Numbered from the whole stretch's first letter, positions 40,715 through 54,729 are shown. The stretch is 63,404 nt of DNA, filler included, from Choristocarpus tenellus KU-1152 (GCA_964200185.2; 12 parts of 12 records of this genome joined end to end with filler, not necessarily neighbours in it), one strand, 5' to 3'. Numbers and translations: made by a program. Notes: a model not told the origin generated them from the letters alone.

Positions 40715-40920
40715 AAAAACATATCGACACTTTATCCCACTCAATTTTGGGTCAAGCCCATCCTCAATGAAAAGCTCCATCCTCAATTTTTGATAATTTA
40801 TATATTAATATTTAATATATATATTAAAAAAAAACATATCGACACTTTATCCAAGTCAATTTTGGACCAAGCCCATCCTCAATGAAAAGCTCCGTCCTCA
40901 ATTCTTGAAATCGGCTGTTA
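40715..40920. mobile_element. Two tandem right arms of long-TIR MITE family C
   Basis: catatcgacactttatcc...tcaattttgg..caagcccatcctcaat repeated twice and ending gaaatcggctgtt; matches 62690-62868. Confidence 0.75.
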
Positions 40921-41198
40921 TAGCATGAAACCCCGTACTGACCTGCAAACCTCCCACGCTCTGTTGACGGCACCTTCGATTTCTCGGGAGAATCGACTCC
41001 CCATCCACAATATAAATAATTTTTTCACTCATACAGAGGTCCGGTCCACCTAAAACATACGAATAGGATTGTTCAGGTAGGTGTGTGTTACACGTTGACT
41101 GAGATAGCGCTCAATATACAGTGCTTACATTATGAAATCTTGTTTTTGGAACAGATGGGGGGGGCATCCATGCCGTCAGGCGACTTTACACATAGTCT

Positions 41199-41418
41199 GA
41201 GTTGAAGTAAACGAGAGATACTCGGAGTTGCATTTTCAGGACGCCTGAAAACATGCGTAAATTGAAAATTTCCTGGATTCTGTCTAAAAGTTTGAAGCAA
41301 CTACTACGAAATCAAAGCTCTCAAGACAAACATAGCAAGCACTTCATCCATATAAATTGAAAACTGACTCGCACTGCAAAACGACCCCAAATTGGGCACC
41401 TCTCATCTACTTTAGCTC
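41199..41418. mobile_element. MITE family E (diverged)
   Basis: gagttgaagtaaacgagaga ... ctctcatctactttagctc. Confidence 0.72.
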
Positions 41419-42448
41419 AAAATCATGATAGAGAGCAAAATATTGATAACATACCTATGTCGTAAGTGCACAGTGGTGAAGTACAGGTGCTACTCCACCT
41501 CCTCAACATGACTGGAAAACACGGTTGAGGTCGAGCAAACAGCTCTACTCTCTAACATTATAATAATATAATTACTGCACCCAAGTACTGCATTCACACT
41601 GTATATTTTATGAAATACACATAATCTACAGCTACTACTACTATCACCACCATGTAGACACCTTGGACAACGCAACACTCAACACTGGAGAACAAAACAT
41701 ACACATGCAGCACAATGTTCTTTCTGCAACCCTAACCCAAAGCACAATGAAAAATGAAAAAGCGTTCACGATTAGTGTATCCTTAACCCTTAACCCTTAA
41801 TCCTTAACCCTTACCAGTCAGTCATAACTTTTTTTCATTTGTTCATTTGCTGTACTCTTATTAGTGTCAGTACCTACCAAGTACTTCGCCAGCACGGGCG
41901 CATGTCCATCACTTCAAGACACCACCGTTCCACCAACACACTCTCACCCAAAGCTACAGTTTCACACGAAACTGTCAAGCATAAAGGTATAAATACCAAG
42001 TACTTCGGAGTTTGCTCTATACACATACTACGAGAAAACCACTTCTCCTCCACCGAGTCACTCTTTTCCCTAAGCAACAGTTTCATTCGACAGTTTCACA
42101 CGAAACTGTCACAAAAAAGTGTTGGGGGTGTAGGTTCAAGTACGGAGGAGTTCGACATAAGCTCACACGCGCATTGTTTCAATGCATGTCAAGAGGCCAC
42201 TGTTTCCACCGAGTTTGGATGTAGTTTGGTAATCATTTCAACGACATGATGGGGTTTCGTGCAAGGAACCGATCTCTCTCAAAGAACGCCTTTGATGGTG
42301 GTGTAAACAGTGTATAAACATCGATACAGATGTTAACAAAAACTTATTCGGAAGAAACCAGAGCATTCCAAGAACCGGGGGACATAACCTCCACAAACAC
42401 GCATTCCAATAACCACTCCGTACACTACAGAGTAAAACAATGCAAAAC

Positions 42449-42507
<59 letters not shown>
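42449..42507. repeat. (CAG)n microsatellite, ~19 units
   Basis: Seen directly; no splice-supported exon around it. Confidence 0.95.
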
Positions 42508-42510
<3 letters not shown>

Positions 42511-42570
42511 ACCACCACTGCTCCACTCAGCCTATTCAAGAATACACGCAGTGCATACCACAATAAAAAA

Positions 42571-42830
42571 GAGCCAAAGTATCTTAGAGGGTAGAGCCGT
42601 GTCCATTTGGAGGTCAAAATTCAATGTTGCGATATTGATGTAATTTCGGCTATCGTGTTTTTCTAGGAAGTGTCAATATCCTTGTTCCAGACACATCTTT
42701 TCGTAACATGCACATTTTACCTACTCCAAAACATTTTGGAGTACAAAAATGTCATAAAAATAAACATGGGAAGCCAAGCCCCAAATGGACAAACAGGGCA
42801 AAACTCGTACCCTCTAAGATACTTTCGCTC
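42571..42830. mobile_element. MITE family B
   Basis: gagccaaagtatcttagagggtag ... taccctctaagatactttcgctc; flank aaa/aaa. Confidence 0.92.
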
Positions 42831-42999
42831 AAATGTACCCCCTCTTGGAGGAGTTTTTATTAATTTTTTATTAATATATATATATATATATATATTTCCA
42901 ACCTCTAGGGTCTCGAGATCAGTCATAGGAAAGTCTTTCCAAAATGCCACATACATGTAAAACGCCTTACACTTATATAATGCCCCAAGTCTATTCTAC

Positions 43000-43659
43000 C
43001 TACAGCCCCCAGCTGGGCTCAGTCCCCTCCAGCCTACTCATGAGTTCGCCCGTAAGGTCTCCTCCCTGCAGACTTCCTCTGAGCACAGGAAAACGTAATC
43101 GACTGGCCAGCATGAATGAAAGGTCTGGCAAGGAGTCCAGAACCTCACGAGCTTGGACAGACAACGGCTCCATCTGCTGTTTGAACAAAAATAGATCCGG
43201 GAAGGAACGGGGGTTGGGGGGTGGTGGTCGAGTTGGTAAGTACTCCTCCAAAGTTGTAGCCCCCTTAGGGCAAAAGATACATATATATGTATTTTAATTT
43301 TTTTTTTCGTCGTTTGATCATAAATAAGGTCAAGTCCTCTTTTAATTGGGCAAAAAGAGGTCAAACGTTAGGGGCATTAAAAAAAAAATATATATATTTT
43401 TTTGCTGCTGTTGATCATTTATTTTTATTTTATCAACGCTGAGTGTGTACTGCTGCTATTATTATTATTTTACTATTATGCTGGCTATTAAAGTCCGACA
43501 GGGTGGACTACTATTTGTATTTATGCATACAGTTGCATATATATTTTCTCTTTCTGCAAAAAACTTCACTATGTGCACTTTCAAAACTTGATCCAACAAG
43601 TGACAACGCCTGCTCAATTCTTTCTTTTTTTTCAAGAAAATCTGTCCACTTCCATCAAT
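43000..43659 (-). CDS. Last two exons of an unidentified protein (~43659-43579, ~43176-43000)
   Basis: IDGSGQIFLKKKKELSRRCHLLDQVLK|QMEPLSVQAREVLDSLPDLSFMLASRLRFP...SWGL*. AG/GT boundaries in phase 0; family not recognised. Confidence 0.55.
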
Positions 43660-45055
43660 CTGGAGTATTATTAAAAAAAAAACAGGAAGAGGGATATTTT
43701 CATCCCTCCTTCCCCTTTCCCCCCCAAATTTATGTTCCCGAGTCAGTCTTGACCTGATATCCAAAACTGAAAAAAAAAATACATTTCTTGTTCTTATTTT
43801 TATCCAATTTCCTGACGCACGAGGACCACCACGCATACACACACACATGGATATATATATATTTTTTCCCAACAGTTTACCAAATAAAATTATTAAAGAA
43901 AAGAAATTACAGTTACAATTTACAATACAGATTTCAACAGAGATACAACCAAGTATTATTCTATTTTAGAGCAGGGCTATTGGGCTATCATTACCTGTAT
44001 CAAGACAAATATGAACACTTTATATTATTATTATTATTATTATTACCTGATCAAGGGGGCACTCGAATGATAATAGGACAGATACAGAAAAAGAGCCAGT
44101 GTGATGAATATCCAAATCATTTACGAGGATAAATCAAACCTGACAAACAAACAAAAAAACTCTTGACACACCACAAATGTTCAAAATTGATTTGCGCACG
44201 CCGAGCGCCCAACGCACGAGCACCCAATGCACGAGGAAACAGCCTCTATCCACGAGCCGATCATCCCTCGAGTTTTGGGTCTCAAAAAAACAAGAACAAA
44301 AATTGGCATAAAAAACAAGAACAAAAATTTGAATTGCACTGATTCGGTCGCTACGATTCACGACAGGAAATCAGAACAGATAAAAATATATATATATATT
44401 CTAGCCAACCAGAAAGGGAGTACAATTACTCCTCAGCCAATGGCGTGCCATCTGTTCACCACCAAGTATCACTTTTTTCCTTGTCACTTGTTGATGCCAT
44501 TTCAAGGATGTCACACACACACACACACACACACACAACCACACACAATAAAAAAGAGATATGGAAGGCATTTTTCTTCTTCTTTTCTAAGAAACGGTCT
44601 CGAAGACGTCACGCACATAAAAACAATAAAAAATAACATTGAAGAAATAAAAATGAGAGTATATTCCCTACCACTGCCGATGCCAATTCAACACTGCCAC
44701 AAAAAAAAAACAAGAAAAGAAAAGAATACACATAAAGTAAGTAATAGTGCTGTGATGGAAAAACAATCCATTAAAAAAAAGAAGAATCTTAACCCCCCCC
44801 CCCCAAAACCCTAACTATTCCATGCACGCAGAAAAAAAAATACCTGNNNNNNNNNNNNNNNNNNNNNNNNNNNNNNNNNNNNNNNNNNNNTTAATTAATT
44901 AANNNNNNNNNNNNNNNNNNNNNNNNNNNNNNNNNNNNNNNNNNNNAACACACTGTCACCCCACTCTCCCCCCCTGCAAAACAATCAGCAAAGAAGACTC
45001 CACCCTTGACTTCTTTTCCGACACAATCCCACACCATCCCTGTTACGAGCCTTAG

Positions 45056-47791
45056 GTATCTTGTGGGACCTGGCACTGTGCTGCTGTGGTACTCGTGCCT
45101 CCTTCCGGAGCGGGTGGATATGTGAGTGCCTCTGTTCTTCTCTCCGTTCTCATTGAAGGGTCAGAGAGGTTTAAGGTAGTGGTGCCATGTCCCCCTGCAC
45201 TGACACTTGTGTTTCCTCCTTTGAAGTAGGCAGTACAACTAAACCCATCAATCATTCAATTGTTCTCGTGACGAGACTTCTCTTGGGCACTACCTCCATG
45301 TGCAGTAAAAAATTATAATCTCCATGCAAGGAAAGCCCGGATTCCCCGCAAGATAGGATAATATCCTTGAGGAGCCAAAGTAAACGAGAGTTGCCCAAGA
45401 TTTGGCCGTTTGGGATTTTTAGTCTGTTACAGTATTCCATTTTTTGCAATTCACCCATACTCTATGGATGAAGTTCTAAGTTTGACTTGAGAGTGTTTGT
45501 TTCTCTATTTCTTGAAACTTTTCCGATGTAGCTGAGGAAATGTCCTGTACACGCTGGTAAGAAGAGATGAAGTTTGCAAATTATGGTCAGCATCCTTAAA
45601 ATGCAACTCTGGGTACCTCTCGTTTACTTTAACTCAAGGCATTGCACGGAATTTTGCGCCAAAACGCGGCAATAGTTGCTCAGAGTTGCTGTATGTAGAA
45701 GAAGTGACTGGACATCTCGACGAATTTTCTATCACGTCCCTGGAACAATGCTGACCTCGTGCTTTCTGATACTTTGTCAATTGTGATGAGGTGTGTGAGA
45801 TGTTCAGTGCACCTTCGGCATCACTGTACTGAATTTGGTCTGCACACAGTCATTATTGGCACTCCTGATCCCATGAAAATCTCACCCACCCCACAAACTC
45901 GGGGCTACTTGTTGCACAAATCAGCTCTATACGTGGGGGTGCGGATACCATGGACAACTTGCCCTAGGGAATAGGCAAGTGCAGCCCAAACCGGGTATTG
46001 TGGGTGCCTTCCTAGACACCCAGCAACTCCTCCAAAGTGTACATTGTGGATCACACCATTGCGCAGCTGTCACAATTGAGGGAGAACTGTACACATGGGG
46101 ATCCAACAAGAACAACTGCTTGGGAAGAACGCTCGTTGGTGTGACCTGCTGACATGCATGGTGGCAAGCAGTGGAGTTGGGGGTGGGGTTGAGATGTGAG
46201 GGGTTGGGGGGGATAGGGAGGGGAACTGGGGCCGTTTGGAGTACTGTAGGGAGGAAAGTGGTGAGAGGGTTGAATCAGATAGAAAGCTCATCACTGCAAG
46301 TATTTGCTGAAAACCAGACAAGATCTTTAGTATAGTTATAGATACTATGCTGTTTTCGTCCCTCCTTATTCTGCTGATCTCAACCCAATGAGAAGTATCC
46401 TGAAATTAAGCATACTGCTGATGAGGGTTGGGATCTAGTGGGCTCGTTGGAGGTTGACGAGTTGTGCAGATTCATTTGTCGAACCTTTATTGCTATCTAG
46501 GGAATAAGTCGTCATCACCAAGCATTTCATAGTGGAGTTGGTGTTCCTTTCCTTCCTAGTGTGGCTTTATCCCCTGGAGTAAATCAGAAAAATCTTTAAG
46601 CATATTGCCCTTTGAGTATTCCACCTACATCACACATCTTCACTCGATAGTTAACAAATGAGTTCTGAGAGCCTGCAAAATTTCTTAGCTTCAGATGCTA
46701 CAGTAGACCACAACTGTGACGTAGAGATGGTCTTGAGAGAGGGTTTTCAGGCAATATAAGGAGTACCTCTAAGTGATCTGAAGGTCACGTTAATCAGTCA
46801 CCTCAAACCTTTGTTCTTTCCCACAGATCTTCAAGTAGCATGTCCCCACCTATTCCACTCCCGGCCTGCCTTGCACAGACTAACCTCAGCTCGCTTGCAA
46901 CCCTCTTCTCCAACAATCTGCCGGTACTGTGACTCTGGCGCAATGGGGTCTTTTATCCCACGGTCATTAATTTTGGCATGACGGTCATTGATGGAACCGA
47001 TGCCGCGATGGACAATGATGAGGGCATCAACCCCAGACGAAAAGACCATCTTTACGCCAGAACCTGGTCATGTTGGATGTTTTGGGGTTCTAGTGGATGG
47101 CATTGGGCGAGGATTCCCCCGATCAGTGTCATGTGGGAAAGAGTTCACACTTGTGGCCACCTATCCCTATGAAGGTCCTTCTATGGAGGTGAGTAAATGC
47201 ATATACTACCTCAGCAGCTTTGCCGCTCTTGCTTGCTCTCAATCATCTTCTGACCTGGCTCAATGCCTCCAAGCATTCATCACTCTACTCTACCTAAGAC
47301 CTCAAAGGTTTTGGCAGGCTCACAATGGCTCGAAGTATCTGGGGATGGGTGGCAGCTGTCCATTTGGAGTCAATATTTTCATGTCTCGATTTTTGGGTGA
47401 TTTGGTTGCATACGTCGGATGGATAACGTAAATGCACTTTTCCTGATTTTGACCCAAATGGACACCCTGGTGTAGACCCCTACCCCCTCCCCCAGATACT
47501 TTGGGTCAACCAGTCAAGTGTGGGTACCTGTTAATCCCTTGCATCCGCCTAGGTGACCTTCCTTTTTTGTCCTGTGCTTGTTTGGTTCCGCTGACCTTGT
47601 TGATATCTCCCACCTCACCCTACCATGTAGGGCCGTTTAACCTGTGTTGTGCTGCTTAAGAGCAACGCCAATGATCTGGGAACACCTTATTTCCCTGCTG
47701 TTGTCAGGTGGCAGTTCAGCTCATGGAGGAGATGGCTCTAGCGGAAGAGGAGATACTTCTCCAGGACCAGGAGGAGCGGGAGAAGAAAATG
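45056..47791 (+). CDS. RCC1/BLIP-II repeat protein, internal exons 45056-45121, 45925-46138, 47037-47188, 47708-47791
   Basis: The spliced product is VSCGTWHCAAV...GGY|LYTWGCGYHGQLALG...SVHCGSHHCAAVTIEGELYTWGSNKNNCLGRTLV|DEKTIFTPEP...SVSCGKEFTLV, canonical RCC1 repeats. Exon lengths and phases are all consistent. The ORF track misses most of it. Confidence 0.88.
45372..45635. mobile_element. MITE family E in RCC1-gene intron
   Basis: gagccaaagtaaacgagag ... ctctcgtttactttaactc. Confidence 0.82.
47327..47507. mobile_element. MITE family A
   Basis: ggctcgaagtatctgggg ... ccccagatactttgggtc. Confidence 0.9.
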
Positions 47792-47982
47792 GTGTGTAAT
47801 TTATTACCTACACTTTCACCAACCTTTCGAGCTTTTGTCTCATTCCCCAGAGGTGCTGGGGGACAGATCATTGGGATAGGCTGGGTCTCTTTCCAAAGGC
47901 ATACAAACGAATTGAAATGTGCACCACTGCTGGTGCAGCAGTCTGGTGGAAGTCCCGGGGGAATTCTTGAAACATGATGTGT

Positions 47983-48241
47983 GAGTGAGAGTACCTTAGA
48001 GGGTATGAGTTTTGCCCTTTTTGTCCATTTGAAGCTTGGCTTTCCTCGGGGTTTTGATGACATTTTCCTACTCCAAAATAATTTCGGAGTAGGTAAAATG
48101 TATACGTTATGAAAAGGTTTGTCTGGAACAAGGATATTGACACTTCCTAGCAAACACGATAGCCAAAATTACATCGAAATTGCATCATTGGAATTTGGCC
48201 CCCAAATGGATGAGGCTCTACCCTGTAAGATACTTTGGCTA
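47983..48241. mobile_element. MITE family B
   Basis: gagtgagagtaccttagagggta ... taccctgtaagatactttggct. Confidence 0.88.
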
Positions 48242-49009
48242 GCGTGGTCAGTAAACTCCAAGGACAATCAGAACAACCTTGACGATTTTCTTGAAAAGAA
48301 CATACGAGGCAGGAAGGAAACTGATTGTGCTCTTTGTAAACACCTAACCCCTACGTGCTTTAGCACTGTGTTGAACCCTTGCTGTTCCCCATTTTACATA
48401 CTCTGCATCGAATTAAATTGTACTCAATCAAACAAATTTCACAAATTGCGTATGGTGCCAAGTCAACCACATGCCTCGTAAAATTATACTCTCTGTCATG
48501 TACAATAGAGCAAAGTACAACAGTGAGGTTTACATTGACATTGAACCATGTCTTATCTACACCTGTACTTGTGTGAAGCTCCATCAGAATAAGCAGACAG
48601 ACTGTTATTCATCTGTTTCCAAATTTTCGAAGTGGTAAAGTTAGCATTGGTAAGTCTTAGAGTGATAGTCGGAGAGGACGGAATAACTTTATTCCATCAC
48701 CATGGAGTTTTTGTTTGTAGTAGAACACATACATAGGACAATGATGTGGAACATGATTTAGCATTGCCTTTATCTATTTTGAGGACCAAAATCTTCATCC
48801 AGTAGATTGTTTGTGCACTATACTGATGTTTATCTCTTTGTGCTAGATTTCAATAAATTGGCATAGAACATATCAAAAGACAATTCTTTTCAAAATGAGG
48901 TTGCACTCTTCACTTATGAGTTGGCGATTAAATAGCCCCCTCACCACCCGCACCACTCACCACCACCATCAACTGCTCCAAACGTTCCGGGATTTGAATA
49001 TTCGGTGAT

Positions 49010-49267
49010 GAGCCATAGTAACTGAGAGGTACCTAGGATTGCATTTTAAGGATGCTAACAAATAAGTGCAAAATTCGACTTTCTCTACAATTGTGTATAG
49101 GGAGTTTTCTGGACTTTGTTCAAAAATTGAAAAATTGGAAAAAAATGCTCTCAAGTCAACCTTAGCGTTTCATCCAAAGAAAATGAGGTGAAATTGCAAA
49201 CGATAAAAGAGAATCGGTTAAAATGAAAAACGACCAAGACCTGGGTACCCCTCGTTTACTTTGGATC
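49010..49267. mobile_element. MITE family E
   Basis: gagccatagtaactgagaggtacctagg ... cctgggtacccctcgtttactttggatc; 4-bp flank duplication tgat/tgat. Confidence 0.82.
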
Positions 49268-49617
49268 TGATGTGAACTTGTCATCACCCAAAGAATTTTT
49301 CATAACGTATGTTGTCATTCCATGTCAGATAAAAGGAAGAGATTTTGTTGTTTTTTAATTCACAAGGTGATATCTTTCGAGACGATTTTCCATGTATTTC
49401 AAAAAGCGAATCATAATGTAGGTTCCACAAATGCTCTAGTAGTACCCCACCTCTTTCAACACATTCACTATCGCACACATCACAGTTGCATTGATCTCTA
49501 TTTGATGGAGGATATATGAGCACAGAGAAGCCCCACTAGGTGTCACCGGTTCACTGGAGCCTCTTGTCCAGAAACACAGCTGAAAAACACAAACACATAC
49601 ACCCGCACGCACGCAAA

Positions 49618-49691
49618 GAGTGAAAGTATCTTAGAGGGTACGAGTTTTGTTCTGTTTGTCCATTTGCGGCTTGGCTTCCCTCGGGGTTTTT
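49618..49691. mobile_element. MITE family B, truncated by contig end
   Basis: gagtgaaagtatcttagagggtacgag... Confidence 0.85.
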
Positions 49692-51159
49692 NNNNNNNNN
49701 NNNNNNNNNNNNNNNNNNNNNNNNNNNNNNNNNNNTTAATTAATTAANNNNNNNNNNNNNNNNNNNNNNNNNNNNNNNNNNNNNNNNNNNNTTTCAACGT
49801 TCCTCAGATTTTTTTTTTACCCCACCCGGCCCCCCCCTCCCAACCCCCCCCCCCCCCCCCCAAGATACTTTGACACTTTTTGGTGTTGTGAAAAGAAAGT
49901 GTTGCGGACGAGCTTCACCTCTGGAAATCAAACTCAAGTGTATTTACAGAGCTGCTACGAAAAAAAACTCCCTAACACGCAAGGAATCGAAAGAGTGGTT
50001 GGAAGAACGTCCCATCAAGGTTCGGGTCTTGGAGCTAATTGATGCAATTTAAGACCATTTGGAACTACAGTGTTAATGTATGTGTGTACACTCCCAAAAA
50101 TGGTATCCTCCTGCAGGATGAATCAGAGTTGGGGTGGTCACCAATGGGTTCCTCGTGAAGAGTGGGCCTTGTTGGACAGGTCAATCGTGGAAAGGAAGGC
50201 ACTTGTTTTCCTTATCGGTTGTCAACACGGACATGGGATTGTTGCCGCACACTTCAGAGATCCGAGCATTGATACCAATCACATTTTTCACATATTTTTG
50301 ACATCATTGTGAGCACATATTTTGTTTGTAGCCTTAACAATCTGTGTCGGACACTAATTCACTATATACTCAGCTACACTACAATTTAGTGAGTGTCACA
50401 TTGTCATCTTCTCTATCTAACAAAACTCTCCAAATGAGGTTTTTGAACGATCGTGAAGATGTGCATGGTTGCCGATTTTAAATTGCACAGGTAAATAATG
50501 CGGGATAAAATTGTATTGTAGACTACGTCATGTCAACAAGTCGTAGCAATTCGTGCTTGCCTATAAGGTTGTGTCAACCACCTTACAGAAGGTATCTAAA
50601 TTTTAACCCGCGCTAGGGTTGTTGTGCTTGACGGATTACAGGAATCTTATTGTGCTTGTGCTATCTATTCCTCTCAACTTCGTGTTTACACTCCCCTTTC
50701 TCATTCTTGGCACTCTTCTTTTTAAGTTACGGGTTGAAGATAATCCATCTGCTTTGTTCTATGTCGTACTGCTGATAACTGAGAGTGTGCCATTCAAGTA
50801 GGGGGAATGCGTCTTCTTATGATGTCTTGCTGGTCACCCTGAGCAACCGCCTTCAACACTGTATCATGACCCTACTGCTACTATGGAACGTGTCCCCGCT
50901 AACAACATCATTCTTCTTCTTCTCACCAATCCTATCTCAACATCAGTTTGCTGATGATGGGGCAACCTTCGTCCATTTTGGACACCGTTTTGAGTATTGT
51001 TTTTTAATTCTTAGATATGGAAGATGTTTGTCTAATGTGTGGAAAGAAACTAAGAGAAGAAGATGTTCATCATTGTCTAACAACCCTTCCATGTAATAGC
51101 AACACTTTAAATCAAATTTGTGGAGTGTGATAGCAAACCTTACAGCGGATTGACTCCGA

Positions 51160-54100
51160 ATGTTGAAGGATATATCCAAGGGTGGTGCTGATGCTGTGAC
51201 TGGAGGCGGAGGAGGCAGTCGTGCGGCCAAGAAACGGCGCAAACAAAAACAAAATGGACAGAAGAACGGGCAGTATAAAGGTATTATCCAAATATTTGCC
51301 AATGGAAATGATAAGGGGAAGAGCAAAGCCAAGGATAGCAGCGCAAGCACTGATATGGGCAAGCTCGTGAAAAGGAGTGGCACTGAAGGGGATAAGGGTA
51401 AGGGAAAATCCATTGCCGTTGGTGGGAATATTGCAGTGGACAACGATGCCCCGCAAACAAAGCGGAAGAGGGATGGTGGGGAAAGTATGCAAGGATGCAA
51501 TCTGTTGGGGTCTGGCAGCAAGGGAAGTAGCGTGCCGCAAGCCATAATCGATGCCAGTGATGTGGATGATAGATCGAGACTTCTATTAGCACTTGATGCC
51601 CACGAGGTTATCGCTGACCCTGATGTTGAAAGTGGTCTCAAAGCCCGCCAATTGCTACAATGGATGGTTGCACCTCTTTCCGTTGAGGAATTCTACGCTA
51701 GCTACTGGTGAGTTTGGTGTTCATTATTCACGTTTGGACTACATTTCTTATTCTCGACTGTCGCTACCGCCGATGTTGCTGTCACGGCACACTGATGCTG
51801 TTTCGATCGGAAGGTAGATAGTCACAACCCGAGATATTCTGCAACTCGTTGCATACCAACTGCAGTGTAGGTGCTCAGTACTAAATTCCTTCTGGTTCAC
51901 TCATGACAGCACCCTATTTTCGATTGTAATTGGACCTACGGTCAGTTCCGATCAAACCCCAAATGATCCTTCAACAAACCCCAAAACCCTAGACCAGTTT
52001 CGTTGTCATCAAGGGATCATCCTCCTTGGCCGACCCGTGTATTGAGCTAGATAGTGCATGACCTATCCAAGTCTCGCCCTTTCCCATTTTGCCAATAGGG
52101 AGCAAAACGCTTTCGTGGTTCGCGGACGCGACCCTTCCTATTTCGCAGGATGGTTTCACAAGATAGACATGGAATCCTTTGTCTCAGGACAGGCCATGCA
52201 GTATGGGGTAGACCTTGATGTGACCAACTATATTGGCAAGAAGCGTGTCACTCTCAATCCTGCAGGGCCTGGGGCAGGGTTGGAGTTGGGAGGTGGTGGT
52301 GGTGGTGGTGGGGCTGCTGGTGGTGGTAGTACAGAAGCAGTTTCCCCAGCTTTTGTTTGGGATAGTTTCAAGAAGGGCTGTTCCCTGCGCATGCCCTGCC
52401 CCCAAACGTTTTCTGACCCCTTGCACAAGCTGCTCTCGGGGCTGGAGGAAGAGTTTGGCTGCATGGTAGGCTCTAATGTGTACCTTACGCCCCCTGGGGC
52501 ACAGGGGTTCGCCCCCCACTGGGATGACATCGAGGCCTTCTTGATGCAGGTGGAGGGGACGAAGCGCTGGAGGGTTTACAGGTAGTCACCTACCCTCGGG
52601 TTAGGGTTAGGGTTTGATTTGTTGGTTGGCATTGGTTGGATACACACAACTCTTTTCGTGTAAGATTCCACATGATACGGTGTCCATCACTCCCTTGGGC
52701 TTTCGTGATGTCTTATTTCCTTCTCCTATTGCCGATATACACCCTCTTCACCTTCCTAGTGTACATTATTGTTGGTTGATTTAGATGGGAAACGTCAACC
52801 CTAACCCTAACTCTTTTTAAACCGATTTCCCTCCGTGCATTACGTTGGCATATCGATGGGGTGAAACCGGAGAAGTGAAACCGGCAACCGGGCACCTTGG
52901 CTTTGCTCTACTGTCTTCAATTCATTGTAGGTGTTGCTTGATCACCTCCTTCCAATACCAGCTGCCCTATCACTCCCCCAAGTTACCGCGACGCAATACC
53001 CCTACAGGCCAAAGGACGTGGACGCCTCCCTACCACGGTACTCCTCGGCGAACTTGACAGACACTGACGTTGGAGAAGAACCATTTCTCGACGTTTTATT
53101 GGGGCCAGGGGATCTGCTATACTTCCCAAGGGGCTGGGCGCACCAGGCGGAGACGGTGGGGGGGGAGGCGTCCTTACACATCACTGTGTCTGCTATGCAG
53201 GGGAATTGGTGCGTTTCAGAGTGGAATCGTGGGGGGGGGGGGCGGAGGGGCGGAGGGGGGGATCTATTCTGGAGCGCAGAGTGGTTTGTCAATGTATTGT
53301 AGTGCTGTTGTATGTTGTGGGTTGTGTTTAGGTGTTGTGTTATGTTGTAGTAGTAGGTTGGTTATAGTATGTTGTGATTGTGTTGTATATTATGTTATAG
53401 TGTGTTGCAGTGTGTTGCAAGTGGTATCGTGTTTCGGTTTGGTATATCATGTGGAGAATATTTAGTTCGGAGTTCGGAGTTCTTCGTATGATATTCTGTG
53501 TGCTGTTACCATGTTAGGGTTAGGGTTAGGGTTAAGGTTAGGGTTAGTATAATGCACGCCTCAGACAAAGAAATGAACTCCAATGCCTTGGAGGAGAAAT
53601 GACTCTTCTGAGAAGTGTTTTCCTCAGCAACGCCTACGGAGAAGAAATGGACTCCGAGAGCTGACCTATAAAAGGTTGGGGTTAGGGTTAGGAACATAGT
53701 GACACAATTCGTCCCAGATAAGTTATTTCCAGAGCACATGGGATCCAAGGATTGTCCTTCAACAAGTTGTGCCTTAGACAAGGTCAATTAATTCCCAAGT
53801 GATTTGAGTGTTGTCCTGGGCAACTTGCTCTACATAGTTACATGGGTGTGTTGACTTGCATTGCAGCAGATGGAGATGGTTTATGATGGAATGGCAGTGT
53901 TTGATCCTCATCTCTCTGCCCTTTGAACAGCTGAGGGGGGTATATTGTGGCAGTGTATGGGTCATACTACAAATACATGAAAGTAGAAAGTGATACATTT
54001 ATTTTTACTATTATTATTATTCTACTGATATAATTACTACTACTGTTATTTCTATTGAAATTATCGGAGAGTGCATTACCAACAGAGAAAAAAATGTCTG

Positions 54101-54729
54101 ATCATTTCAGGTCAATGCTGGCGCCTATGGTCAGTCACCTTGTCTGAGGTGGTGTTTACGAGTGCATGAGGTCACTACTTGTAGGTTTAATATATATATA
54201 TATATTGTTAGAGTTAGGGTTAGGGCTGTGTTCCAATCTCCTCCGGAGTATTTGTTTTGTGTATGCGATGCGTGTTACACCCCAGTGGTTGCTACCATGC
54301 GTGTGCATTAGTATCGGATAGTAGGGAGTTCTTGTGTCGCTCGGGGGCGCTATGTGGCCACGGGTACTCTTTGCCGGAGAGCTCTGCCTCTCCCCATCTC
54401 CTAGGTTGTACTCGACGCAGCTATCCTCATAGTGGTTAGGGTTAGGGTTAGGGTAGTGCTTGGATACCTTCTGCAGTATTTGCTTGCATTTTCATGAGCT
54501 GGTTGGTCTTAGGGTTAAGGTTAAAGGAACAATGTTTTGTATCAAGTGGCCATGCCCCCTCACCCCACCCCCCCCTCCCACCCCCCACCCTCACCCAACC
54601 AGCTGGTCGGACTTCATTGAGACTCTGATGCCACAGGCATTGGCTAGTGCCTCCCTTCAAAACCTCAGCCTGAGGCAGGGACTCCCAAGAGACTACCTTG
54701 ACTACATGGGGATAGCACATTGTGATGAG
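51160..54729 (+). CDS. RIOX1: Ribosomal oxygenase 1 / NO66 JmjC hydroxylase, 3'-truncated; exons 51160-51707, 52099-52581, 53008-53208, 54603-54729
   Basis: EEFYASYW|EQ, GCSLRMPCPQTF, LEEEFGCMVGSNVYLTPPGAQGFAPHWDDIEAFLMQVEGTKRWRVY, LGPGDLLYFPRGWAHQA, SLHITVS, LRQGLPRDYLDYMG. The HxD...H iron triad is intact and the N-terminus is basic and low-complexity. Confidence 0.93.

Noticed and set aside
42330-42617. Poly-Q / poly-L ORFs
   Set aside because: (CAG)n microsatellite with no supporting exon structure or domain.
42670-48481. Recurring small ORF family (e.g. MSISLFQT...YPLRY, SKYLGGGG...FLGDLVA)
   Set aside because: These are translations of MITE A and B copies, not genes.
50943-52530. Long minus-strand ORFs (232 aa and others)
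   Set aside because: Antisense shadows of NO66/RIOX1 exons.
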